A model generated the notes under the pieces. That model was not told the origin of the DNA. It saw only the letters and a program-made list of their open reading frames with translations, and searched no databases. The position numbers were made by a program, and so were the translations under genes. Shown piece by piece: positions 19,093 through 28,093 of a DNA stretch of 64,000 nucleotides; within the stretch, counting starts at the first letter, position 1, and every line of letters begins with the position of its first letter. Source of the stretch: Nitrospirales bacterium (lineage in GTDB: Bacteria > Nitrospirota > Nitrospiria > Nitrospirales > UBA8639); contig OY729426.1 in the NCBI GenBank assembly GCA_963422365.1, positions 768,001 to 832,000 of the forward strand, read 5' to 3'.

Positions 19093-19665
19093 ATGCGAAT
19101 GAATAAAAAAAATGGACACGTCTCATGCCGAAAGTCCGGGCTCAAGCTCCGTCTGATAGGGGCCATGGTGTTAGGTGTGACAGCAGGGGGATTGATCCTT
19201 GCACACGCCCAACCTTTACCCAAAGAAGCGGTGCTGCCCTTGGCGTTGGCCCAAAAAGCCGCGATAGCAGGATTAGCCAAATGTGAAGAAGGCGGGTACA
19301 AAGTCAGTGTCGCCATCGCCGACCGTGGGGGGAACCTGAAGGTCTTGTTGCGCAGTGATGGTGCAGGCCCTCACACCACGGACAGCAGTTTTCGGAAAGC
19401 CTATACCGCGGCGAGTTTGCGACGTTCCACGCTGCACCTAGCTGAACTCATCACCGACATTCCCAGTATCCAGGCTTTGCGTGACATGAACGACAAGATT
19501 CTGATATTGGGCGGCGGGTTGCCGATTGAACTCGAAGGCGAAGTCGTCGGTGGGATCGGCGTCGGTGGAGCTCCGGGGGATCATCTGGATGAAGCCTGTG
19601 CTGCCGCGGGACTCGTCAGTCTGGGGAAGCCCAAGGAGCCCAAACGAAAAGCCCTTGGGAAATGA
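19093..19665 (+). CDS. GlcG/HbpS family heme-binding protein
   Basis: VSVAIADRGG, DGAGPHT, KAYTA, GGGLPI...VGGIGVGGAPG. Confidence 0.88.
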   Translation: MRMNKKNGHVSCRKSGLKLRLIGAMVLGVTAGGLILAHAQPLPKEAVLPLALAQKAAIAGLAKCEEGGYKVSVAIADRGGNLKVLLRSDGAGPHTTDSSFRKAYTAASLRRSTLHLAELITDIPSIQALRDMNDKILILGGGLPIELEGEVVGGIGVGGAPGDHLDEACAAAGLVSLGKPKEPKRKALGK

Positions 19666-19675
19666 TCCGGCAACG

Positions 19676-20728
19676 TCACCCGACGGTCAGTACCCCGGCT
19701 CCATTGATCGTCCCCGCTTTGAGGGCTTGAAGGGCTTGGTTCGCCTCTTCCAGCCTGAAGGCTTGGGTCTGCGTGCGAATGGAAATTTCTGCCGCGACTC
19801 GAAACAGGTCCAACCCATCCTGCCTCGTATTGGCCGTGACGCTTTGGAGTGTTCTTTCTTGAAACAAATCGCGGTCATACACTAACGACGGAATGTCGGA
19901 CGAATAAATGCCGGCCATTGCGACTGTCCCGCCCCGTTCAAGGGCTTGAAGCGCATGAGGCACGAGGTGCCCAACCGGCGCAAAAATGATCGAGGCATGG
20001 AGTGTCTCGGGTGGCGAGTCGGTCGAATGTCCCACCCACGTGGCGCCGAACTGTTGAGCGAGACGTTGATGGGCCTCTCTGTGCGAAAAGACATACACCG
20101 AGCAGCCCCAGTGCCGCGCTATCTGAATCGTGATATGAGCGGATGCGCCAAACCCATACAGTCCCAGTCGTTGTCCGGGCTTGAGATGACTCCGGCGTAA
20201 TGCCCGATACCCGATCATCCCTGCACACAGAAGCGGCGCGGCTTCTGCATCGGAAAACATCGAAGGAATGGGGTACGCAAAGCATGCAGGCACCAGCGCA
20301 TATTCCGCAAACCCGCCATGCACGTGATAGCCGGAAAACGTTGCGCTCTGGCACAGATTTTCACGGCCTGTCGTACAGAACTCACAGGTCCGGCACGTAT
20401 CCTGTAGCCAGGCGATCCCCACTCGTTCGTCAAGTTTGAGAGTGGTCACCCCCGCTCCGAGTTGATCAACGACCCCGACCGTTTGATGGCCGGGAATGAT
20501 GGGTCTCGTGGAAGGCGGCAGATCTGCTTCCACTACGTGCAAATCCGTTCGGCACACGCCACACACGTGCACTTTCACTCGCACGTGGCCAGGTCCTGGC
20601 TCTGGCACAGGCACCTCCCGAAGTTGCAAGGGAGCCGTGCTGACATCGGCATCATGCTCAAGAATCATCGCTTTCACGAGGACCACCGTTTGAAAAATAT
20701 ACCACGTGAGGGTGTCGCACGGAAGCAA
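19676..20728 (-). CDS. Zinc-dependent alcohol dehydrogenase family protein
   Basis: CGVCRTDLH, PGHQ, CRTCEFC...C, GLYGFGASA. Confidence 0.92.
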   Translation of the reverse strand: MLPCDTLTWYIFQTVVLVKAMILEHDADVSTAPLQLREVPVPEPGPGHVRVKVHVCGVCRTDLHVVEADLPPSTRPIIPGHQTVGVVDQLGAGVTTLKLDERVGIAWLQDTCRTCEFCTTGRENLCQSATFSGYHVHGGFAEYALVPACFAYPIPSMFSDAEAAPLLCAGMIGYRALRRSHLKPGQRLGLYGFGASAHITIQIARHWGCSVYVFSHREAHQRLAQQFGATWVGHSTDSPPETLHASIIFAPVGHLVPHALQALERGGTVAMAGIYSSDIPSLVYDRDLFQERTLQSVTANTRQDGLDLFRVAAEISIRTQTQAFRLEEANQALQALKAGTINGAGVLTVG

Positions 20729-20804
20729 GAGAAAGCCATCATGTCACTCCCAAGAAAATGTGGAAGGGAGAGGAGTTTTTGAGGGGTCTCTATTCGAATT
20801 TCTA

Positions 20805-20834
20805 TTGACATCCCGAGCAAAAGAGGCATGGAAT
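20805..20834 (+). promoter_or_regulatory. Candidate sigma70 promoter for the intergenic element
   Basis: TTGACA-N18-TGGAAT. Confidence 0.5.
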
Positions 20835-20840
20835 TTTTCT

Positions 20841-21261
20841 GAAGCAATAATAAAAAAATTGGTATGAACAAGAGGGGTCAAACATGAATGACCTCAGTCC
20901 GCCAAAAGCGTAAGGCCCGCAGCGAGCGAAGGGAGAGGCTTTCTTCGGAATGCGGGCTCACATGGTTGCCGAGAGGCTCCGCTCTGATCTCCGGACAGTG
21001 CTTAGAAGCACACGGTCGGAAAGACCACAGAAAAGCCGGAACGTAAAGCCGAACAAAGAAGAATTCCAAAACCTGTCCCCGACGTTCTCTATCGGAGCTC
21101 TAATCGGGGAGAGAATTCTCCCTCTGGTGACAGCTCCTTCAGACGAAGAACACACAGGCTGCGCCGCGAGCGGGTCGATGACAGCAGAGAAAAATAGGGC
21201 GCATCATGCGCATGACTCAGACGGGCCTGCTTTCGAAAGGAAGCAGGCCCGCAGTCGTTTT
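20841..21261 (+). ncRNA. Candidate structured non-coding RNA (unrecognised family)
   Basis: Series of hairpins with A-rich linkers, between a promoter-like site and a strong terminator; no credible ORF. Confidence 0.5.
21222..21261 (+). terminator. Intrinsic terminator
   Basis: CGGGCCTGCTTTC-GAAA-GGAAGCAGGCCCG followed by CAGTCGTTTT. Confidence 0.75.
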
Positions 21262-21269
21262 AGGGCAGA

Positions 21270-21451
21270 GTGCAAGACGTGTTGTTCAAAAACATTCCGG
21301 CTTAGTCAGAAAGGAAAAAGGAAGAAGGGGGGAAAGGGAGAAGGTGCAAGACGTGTTCAAAAACATTCCGGCTTAGTCAGAAAGGAAAAAGGAAGAAGGG
21401 GGGAAAGGGAGAAGGTGCAAGACGTGTTCAAAAACATTCCGGCTTAGTCAG
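21270..21451. repeat. Tandem ~71-bp unit (2.5 copies)
   Basis: GTGCAAGACGTGTTCAAAAACATTCCGGCTTAGTCAG at 21270 (+3 nt), 21344 and 21415, separated by two identical 34-nt purine-only tracts. Confidence 0.95.
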
Positions 21452-21487
21452 GCCGACTGCAACCAAACTGCGGAATGAAGATTTTTA

Positions 21488-22444
21488 ATGACATTTCCAC
21501 GCAAGAGCGGTCTGGTGTCTTTGACCGCGAGATGGCGTTCTGTGTACATTTTTCCAAGGACAATGCTTGGAAAAATGCTCAATTCCTTTTTTAAAGGCCA
21601 CGGATTAGGCAATGATTATATTGCCCTCGATCCCAAGCAGTTGACGTTCAGGTTGACCGCTAAAACCATTCGAGCGATTTGTGATCGAAATTGGGGAGTG
21701 GGAAGTGATGGGATCTTGGCGCTGGTGCCCTCAAAAAAGGCCGACTTCGGATTACGGATTTTCAATCCTGATGGGAGTGAAGCAGAAAAATCCGGAAACG
21801 GCTTACGGATTTTCGGATGTTTCCTCTATGCCACGAAAAAGACGAAGCGCTGGTCTTTTTCAGTTGAAACCAAGGGTGGGCTGGTTCATGTGGAGTTGGC
21901 ATTCGATCGGAACGGGCAGGTCAAGGGGGCGACCGTCGAAATGGGTCGAGCCTCGTTGAAGCCGAGGGACTTGCCCTGTACCAGTAAGGCCCCGGAGTTA
22001 GTCCTGCAGCCGATCAAGGCCGTAGGGCAGTCCCTGCGCTTTACAGGGGTGAGTGTCGGTAACCCACATTGTGTGGTGTTTAGAGACCAGGGCGAGCCGT
22101 GGACTCGGGAGGATTTACTTCGACTGGGGCCGGAATTGGAAACCCATCCTACCTTTCCCAAGCGTACGAATGTTCAACTGGCTGTTCCCACCGGCCCTCA
22201 TGCCGCGTCCATTTTAATCTGGGAGCGGGGGGCCGGAGAGACCCAGGCGTCCGGCTCATCTGCCTGCGCGGTTGCCAGTGCAGGGGTTCGCTTGGGGTTA
22301 GTGAAAAGCCCCGTCAGGGTGGTTGCGCCCGGTGGCAAACTGGACATCACGGTTGATGCCCAGTACAACCTGACCATGAAAGGTCCTGTAGCCGAAGTCT
22401 ATCAAGGACGGTTCGGCGGAGGATTGTTCTCTAGAGTACGGTAG
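21488..22444 (+). CDS. dapF: Diaminopimelate epimerase
   Basis: FFKGHGLGNDY, GVGSDG, IFNPDGSEAEKSGNG, VGNPH, WERGAGETQASGSSAC. True start probably near 21575. Confidence 0.92.
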   Translation: MTFPRKSGLVSLTARWRSVYIFPRTMLGKMLNSFFKGHGLGNDYIALDPKQLTFRLTAKTIRAICDRNWGVGSDGILALVPSKKADFGLRIFNPDGSEAEKSGNGLRIFGCFLYATKKTKRWSFSVETKGGLVHVELAFDRNGQVKGATVEMGRASLKPRDLPCTSKAPELVLQPIKAVGQSLRFTGVSVGNPHCVVFRDQGEPWTREDLLRLGPELETHPTFPKRTNVQLAVPTGPHAASILIWERGAGETQASGSSACAVASAGVRLGLVKSPVRVVAPGGKLDITVDAQYNLTMKGPVAEVYQGRFGGGLFSRVR

Positions 22445-22478
22445 TTGGCCATACCGTCAAGACTCGTCTCGTCCGGCC

Positions 22479-23585
22479 TTACTGGGGGAATTGGGTTGGT
22501 GGCGTGACGTTCCAGCCCTCCCCATTCAGTGAGCGCAGAAATGCTACGACATCTTCTTTTTCCTGCTCTGTTAAATTCAAGGGCTTGATCCCGGGAGCAA
22601 GATGAGGATTCGGTATTCCACCTTGATCGTAAAAATCGATCACTTGGCGTAAGGTCGCAAGGCTGCCATCATGCATGTAGGGTGCTGTTTTGGCAATTTC
22701 ACGAAGCGTCGGGGTTTTGAACGCGCCGAGATCCTTCGGATCGTTTGTCACGGCATAGCGGCCGACGTGGCGAGGATCTTGGTCCCAGCCTACCCCCAGG
22801 TTATGAAATTGTTCGTCGGTAAAATTGAATCCGAAATGACAGCGGAGACACTGCCCCTTGCCCAAGAACACGCGAAACCCATGTTGGGCATTGGCCGATA
22901 GTGCCTGCTCATCGTTCCCCTCGACAAAACGGTCGTAGTGGCTGTTCCCGGAGAGCAAGGTGCGTTGAAAGCTGGCAATGGCTTTGCCGATCAAGTCAAT
23001 CGTCATGGCAGTCGACCCGAAGGCCCGTTCAAAGAGTGGGGGATAGCCGGCAAGGTTCTTCACTTTGGCTACCAGTTCGTCGTGATCCGTAAACCCGTGC
23101 TCCACGGGATTGATGAATGGGCCAATGGATTGGGCTTCGAGCGTGGCGGCCCGCCCATCCCAAAATTGGGCTGAGCTAAAGACGCGGTTGATGGCCGTCG
23201 GAGCATTTCGCCCCCCTTGTTGTCCATGAATACCCGTGGAGACCGGCTGCCCATCGGTAAAGGCCAGAGCCGGCAGGTGACAGTTCGCACAGGCGATCGT
23301 ATTATTTGCCGACAATCGCTTGTCAAAGAACAACAGCTTCCCAAGTTCCACTTTTTCTTTGGTTAAGGGGTTATCCTTGGGGACCACGAGGCCGTCTTCT
23401 TTCAACCCCAAAGGAAGATGAAGAGAAAATTCCGATTGGGCGAGGGACGTTCCGGGATAGGTGGTCAAGGATAGCACCAGGAGTCCCAGAACCAAACCCC
23501 ATCGGACCCGGAAATCGTTGAACGTGACTCGATAAGAATTCTCTTCCTGGTTGCCGGTCATGATGTGCCTCCTATCACGGGACAA
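22479..23585 (-). CDS. Di-heme cytochrome c peroxidase (CCP/MauG family)
   Basis: CANCH and CLRCH; QFWDGRA; FKTPTLREIAKTAPYMHDG. Confidence 0.92.
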   Translation of the reverse strand: MSRDRRHIMTGNQEENSYRVTFNDFRVRWGLVLGLLVLSLTTYPGTSLAQSEFSLHLPLGLKEDGLVVPKDNPLTKEKVELGKLLFFDKRLSANNTIACANCHLPALAFTDGQPVSTGIHGQQGGRNAPTAINRVFSSAQFWDGRAATLEAQSIGPFINPVEHGFTDHDELVAKVKNLAGYPPLFERAFGSTAMTIDLIGKAIASFQRTLLSGNSHYDRFVEGNDEQALSANAQHGFRVFLGKGQCLRCHFGFNFTDEQFHNLGVGWDQDPRHVGRYAVTNDPKDLGAFKTPTLREIAKTAPYMHDGSLATLRQVIDFYDQGGIPNPHLAPGIKPLNLTEQEKEDVVAFLRSLNGEGWNVTPPTQFPQ

Positions 23586-23732
23586 TAAATAGGTTCAGCA
23601 TGCTTCTTCCAAACACAAAAGATGATGGTTGTTGCTAGAGTCAGAGTATACCACTTCACGGGGAAATTTAAATCACCGACCAGGCCCGAGTACGAGCCGT
23701 TCCGCAACGTCCCGATGAACGGTTCGGTGCCT

Positions 23733-24473
23733 CTATTTCGCATCATGGAAAATAATGCCCAGGACGTGGCGATGACCGGTCTTGAGTGGACTGACCCCGT
23801 GCCGCATCGAGGCCCGAACATATCCGCGCTTCCCCTGGAGAGGCCGTTCATGAACGGGGAAAATGAGAAGGTCTCCCAAATCAGGAGTGAAGACAGTCGC
23901 GCTGGCCTGTTGACGAGGCCGGTTTTCGACGAGCACAAATTCGCCTCCCTCAAACTCGTGCCCTTTCTGGCTCAGCATGACCATCGCTTGAAGAGGAAAG
24001 TGCGTTGGACCATAGAGATCCCGATGCAAGCAATTAAAATCTCCACTGTGATACCGAAGCAGCAAGGGGGTTGGTTGGGTTTGTCCTTGACGGCGACATT
24101 CTTTTTGAAAGGCCGCAAGGGTTGAGGGGTACTGCTGGGAGCGGTTCATTGTTTCCATCATGCGATTGGCAATGGGAGCCAGATGCGTATACAAGCGGGT
24201 GCGTAGATGGGAAACCAGCACGGGCAAGGGATACGCAAAATATGAGTACTCTCCCTGTCCAAATTGATAGCGTGCCATGACAATCCTGGATCGAAAATAT
24301 TGGTCGTGGTCGTAGAGTGTGCGTAGGGATCGACAGGCAGAAGATTGGACAACCTTCGATAAATGGGCATACCCACTCGTGAGGATCGAGTGTTCGATGG
24401 CAACCCAATCCAACGAGTGAAGATTCGGAAGGCGATGTCGGTCTGACAAAAGTGTTCGCTTCGTTCTAACCAT
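23733..24473 (-). CDS. 2OG-Fe(II) oxygenase (DUF2086-like)
   Basis: FGQGEYSYF, PTPLLLRY, NCLHRDLYG, MRHGVS, LGIIFHDA. Confidence 0.85.
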   Translation of the reverse strand: MVRTKRTLLSDRHRLPNLHSLDWVAIEHSILTSGYAHLSKVVQSSACRSLRTLYDHDQYFRSRIVMARYQFGQGEYSYFAYPLPVLVSHLRTRLYTHLAPIANRMMETMNRSQQYPSTLAAFQKECRRQGQTQPTPLLLRYHSGDFNCLHRDLYGPTHFPLQAMVMLSQKGHEFEGGEFVLVENRPRQQASATVFTPDLGDLLIFPVHERPLQGKRGYVRASMRHGVSPLKTGHRHVLGIIFHDAK

Positions 24474-27291
24474 GGTGGCTACACGTTCAATTCCCCTCTG
24501 GGGCAGGGTTGTTTGGTGGTCAGGGGTCTTAGCGTCGTTCCTTCTCGCACTTTTGATGCTCCTTCCTCACCTCGTCTCCCTTGTTGTGGAACGACAATTT
24601 GAAGCTTTCGGCTGCAAGCATGTCAATGTGGTCGTCGAATCCCCCGGTTTACGGCGAACGGTCATTCCGCTGGTTTCTTTTCAAAAAGACATGGGGGCGG
24701 AAACGGCTCGACTGACGATCAGAGGATTGACCCTTGAATATCAGCTTCCTCAATTATTGAGGGGTTTTCTCAGAGAGGGACGTATCGAAGAATTACATCT
24801 GGACCTGATGGGGGTCCCGACCGACCAATCTCCGGATCTCCCCGACGAACCTTCAATGGCAGCGGTTGCCGTCGCACTGGACGCTTTATCAGAATTCCTG
24901 CTCGATCCCCTGGTTGGGCGACTCGCTTTGACGAACGCGACCATCTTTCGAGAACAGGCGACTGGCCCGTTCCGGCGGTTAAAGATCTCCGGAGCGCTTC
25001 GCAACGAAAACGGAACACTGAATGGGGCGGTCTCGTTTCAGGGGATGGAAGGAGAGCCGTATACCCTGCGACTCACGATGAATCCCCGTGGCAGGATGAA
25101 GGTTCTGCTGCATTCCGGCAGAGGCATTGCCGAATCCCTACTCGATCTTGAGTCTACCGTACAGGTCTCCAGTCAGACGGGCCTTCACTGGCAAGGCTCC
25201 TTGAATGCGAATCTGAAGAGAGCCACCCCGTTTTTAGCCTTACTGCTGCCACTTGGGTCTGATCTCGAACAAGTCGATGGGGTTGTGGCATTTCAAGGGG
25301 AGGGAGTGACGGAGCAGATAGGATCATTTCACCGTATGCTCAGGGATGCATCCACCCGCCTTCATGGCGTTTTTCAAGCCTCCGTGGAACTTCCGGCCTG
25401 GGGAGAGATCAGTGAAGAGATAGCCGTGACGCTCTCTGGTGAATTGAACGCGCATTCGACGGCTGTCGCGTTGACTCTCTTCCCGTTCTCTTCAGTGAGA
25501 GGCAGGGTTCATCCCCTTGAGCGACTGTTGAAAGGGACTCCTTTCCTGGGCAGATTCAAAGAAAAAGAACCAATTCGTCTTCAATTGCAGGATAAAGTCA
25601 ACGGTCGGTTTTCTTTGGATCCTGATGATCTCCGGTGGACTCTCGATGGCCCCATTCGCGTTCAATACGGCATGGAGCATTCGCCGATTGGGCTCAATGC
25701 CCTTGTGACGAACGCCTCCGGTCTGTTCAGTGACCCCTTGTCCACGGAAGCCAACATGCACTGTCACTTCTGGGGTGCGTTGTCCGTTCTTGAGCCATCA
25801 CCGATACAAGTCCAAGATATCCGCTGGAACGTCACAGGCAAGGTGGCGTTCCAAAAGCAAGCCATCCACGCGGACGTGGGAAAAGGCTCCTGGATGAAAA
25901 CCGGACCACTTCGATTTGAGCAAGGTACGGCGAATTTTACAGAGTTTCACGTCAGTCGCACCGTTCCGGTTTCTGTAGAATTGTCCTCGAAAAAGTGGAA
26001 CATTGGTCCAACCACGGTACACATCAAGCTTCCCCTGATTCATTGGGGTGGCCAAAGAGTCACAATCGAGAAAGTGGGATTGCGCGTTCAAGAAGCGAGC
26101 GGGGAGGGAAACAAATGGCAAACCACAGGCACGGCGAAATTTTTGGGACTGTCTTCCGTGCTGAACGAGTTCGTCCCTCCGAAGACCAATTTCGTTATCG
26201 GATTCGATGCCACCTCCGCTGTCGTGAAGGCCGGCGTTGTGGCTGAAACAGTGGATCAGTCCGTGAAGGTGACAGGGCTGGTCAACCATGATTTGCTGAC
26301 GAATCAAGGAGTGCTTCGAGCGACGATGGCGCTCCGACCTTTTTCTTCGTCGGAAAGGACCTTGAGCCGCTTGATCACGCCCTGGAATTATCCGTTTGAT
26401 TTCACCGCGGGCCGGCTTGGCCTGTCCACGGTTGTGACGTGGTCCGTCGATGATGAGGACAATCCAGGTAGCGTGAACGTCAGGCAAGGCGAGGTCACCA
26501 TTACGGCCAAGGACCTGGACGGATACTATGAGAAAATTTTGCTGGAAGACGTCAATACGACGATGAAACTTGCCGCCGCGAGCCTCGACGATTTAACAAT
26601 GGTGGTTCCGGCTCACGTGAGCATGGGCCGGGTCGATTCCGGGATCGAGATCGAAAATATCGCGTTTACTCTTCGACTCGGGCGTCTTGGGTTCGGTCAC
26701 GGTGAAGGACGACCTGCCATAGAGATAAAGGACTTCTCAGGGCACACGTTGGGGGGACATGTCTCGAGTGCACGGATTTACGTTGATCCGGCTCGACCGC
26801 CGAGTCTGTTCACGTTGAAGTTTGAGGGCCTTCAGCTTGATCGATTGTTTCAGTTGGAACAGCAAAAAGGATTGGAAGGGACCGGCGTGCTTGACGGCAG
26901 TATCCCGATCACGTTGAATGGTGAGACGATCACGATTCGAGATGGTCAGATGGCGGCCAGGCCTCCGGGAGGGATGATTCGTTTTGAGCCTCTTGAAGAA
27001 ACCAGGCAGAGGCTGGTTCAGGCGAAACCGGAAATGGTCTTTGTTTTGCGAGTCTTGGAGAATTTTCGTTATGATGCGTTGCGGGCCGAAGTGAACTATC
27101 ACGAGGATGGGACTCTTTTGCTGGCAACCCGACTGGAAGGCAGAAATCCGGACATGAAAGAATCCCCCCCTATTCATGTGAATGTGAATGTGAATGTGGA
27201 AGAGAATCTTCCCGCGCTTCTTCAAAGCGTGCAGGTTGTGAACGGCCTCGAAAAGCAGTTAGGAAACGTGTTCCGGCAATCATTATTCTAA
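24472..27291 (+). CDS. ydbH: YdbH-like intermembrane lipid transport protein
   Basis: N-terminal TM, long beta-rich body, C-terminal LENFRYDAL...LEGRNP...NVEENLPALL; followed by ynbE- and ydbL-like genes. Confidence 0.8.
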   Translation: MVATRSIPLWGRVVWWSGVLASFLLALLMLLPHLVSLVVERQFEAFGCKHVNVVVESPGLRRTVIPLVSFQKDMGAETARLTIRGLTLEYQLPQLLRGFLREGRIEELHLDLMGVPTDQSPDLPDEPSMAAVAVALDALSEFLLDPLVGRLALTNATIFREQATGPFRRLKISGALRNENGTLNGAVSFQGMEGEPYTLRLTMNPRGRMKVLLHSGRGIAESLLDLESTVQVSSQTGLHWQGSLNANLKRATPFLALLLPLGSDLEQVDGVVAFQGEGVTEQIGSFHRMLRDASTRLHGVFQASVELPAWGEISEEIAVTLSGELNAHSTAVALTLFPFSSVRGRVHPLERLLKGTPFLGRFKEKEPIRLQLQDKVNGRFSLDPDDLRWTLDGPIRVQYGMEHSPIGLNALVTNASGLFSDPLSTEANMHCHFWGALSVLEPSPIQVQDIRWNVTGKVAFQKQAIHADVGKGSWMKTGPLRFEQGTANFTEFHVSRTVPVSVELSSKKWNIGPTTVHIKLPLIHWGGQRVTIEKVGLRVQEASGEGNKWQTTGTAKFLGLSSVLNEFVPPKTNFVIGFDATSAVVKAGVVAETVDQSVKVTGLVNHDLLTNQGVLRATMALRPFSSSERTLSRLITPWNYPFDFTAGRLGLSTVVTWSVDDEDNPGSVNVRQGEVTITAKDLDGYYEKILLEDVNTTMKLAAASLDDLTMVVPAHVSMGRVDSGIEIENIAFTLRLGRLGFGHGEGRPAIEIKDFSGHTLGGHVSSARIYVDPARPPSLFTLKFEGLQLDRLFQLEQQKGLEGTGVLDGSIPITLNGETITIRDGQMAARPPGGMIRFEPLEETRQRLVQAKPEMVFVLRVLENFRYDALRAEVNYHEDGTLLLATRLEGRNPDMKESPPIHVNVNVNVEENLPALLQSVQVVNGLEKQLGNVFRQSLF

Positions 27292-27372
27292 AAAAAGAGC
27301 CCGCCGTCCGATTGGTTGCGTCACTCGAAGCGGGACGTTTCAACGACCCATACCGGAAGAGGTAAGACGAGA

Positions 27373-27582
27373 ATGAGCCGCAGACGTTGTCAGAGTTTTG
27401 GGCAAGGGTTGCTCTTGGGACTGAGTTGCCTGCTGTCGAGCTGTACGACGCATACCGTTCAAGTGGAAGCGCCGGATAAACCCATTACCATCAATCTGAA
27501 CGTCAAGATCGACCATGAAGTACTGGTGAAAGTGGAGAAAGATTTGAATGAAGTCTTTGCTGAAGGCAGTGAATTGTTTTGA
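27373..27582 (+). CDS. ynbE: YnbE family lipoprotein
   Basis: Lipobox LSSC; APDKPITINLNVKIDHEV. Confidence 0.88.
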   Translation: MSRRRCQSFGQGLLLGLSCLLSSCTTHTVQVEAPDKPITINLNVKIDHEVLVKVEKDLNEVFAEGSELF

Positions 27583-27604
27583 AAATGAGGAAGGAGCCCC
27601 GGCG

Positions 27605-27964
27605 ATGCACGGAAAGACGCCTCACGGCCGACGTTTTGCTTTCTTGACGATGGTTCTGCTGGGGGGGCTGCTCGCAGGACCAGGAAGTCTGTGGGCTTTG
27701 ACTTTGGGAGAAGCCAAGGCCAGGGGATTGGTCGGAGAAACCCCTGCCGGGTACCTTGGCATGGTATCGGGAAAGGGGTCATCAGGGGTTCGGGCCTTGA
27801 TGCACGACGTGAACCAAAAGCGCAAGCAGAAATATCAAGGCATTGCCAAACGCAATGGCACCAGTCTTCGAGCCGTGGAAACATTGGCAGGAAAAACCGC
27901 TATCAAAAAAACCCGATCAGGCCACTACATCCAGCTTCCATCCGGAAAATGGACAACAAAGTAA
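27605..27964 (+). CDS. ydbL: YdbL / DUF1318 family protein
   Basis: AKARGLVGETPAGYLG...VNQKRKQKYQGIA...GHYIQ...W. Confidence 0.88.
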   Translation: MHGKTPHGRRFAFLTMVLLGGLLAGPGSLWALTLGEAKARGLVGETPAGYLGMVSGKGSSGVRALMHDVNQKRKQKYQGIAKRNGTSLRAVETLAGKTAIKKTRSGHYIQLPSGKWTTK

Positions 27965-28093
27965 CGCGTGGTTGGCAGCCGTTTTCATCCTCTTCATCTC
28001 AATCCTATCTTTCATGGGATCCGTGTCTCGGTATGACCGATAAGGAAGGAGTGAGGCAGGTTCCGGTGAAGGCCACGGCGACAACGTTCGTGC

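Noticed and set aside
20841..21261. Lysine riboswitch or CsrB-like RNA
   Set aside because: No lysine-riboswitch consensus recognised; GGA motifs are few and mostly not in ANGGA hairpin loops.
20950..21447. 165-aa ORF upstream of dapF
   Set aside because: No clear RBS or protein motif; reads through a terminator and the tandem repeat.
21270..21451. Second bona fide CRISPR array
   Set aside because: Spacers are identical and low-complexity, with no adjacent cas genes; kept only as a repeat.
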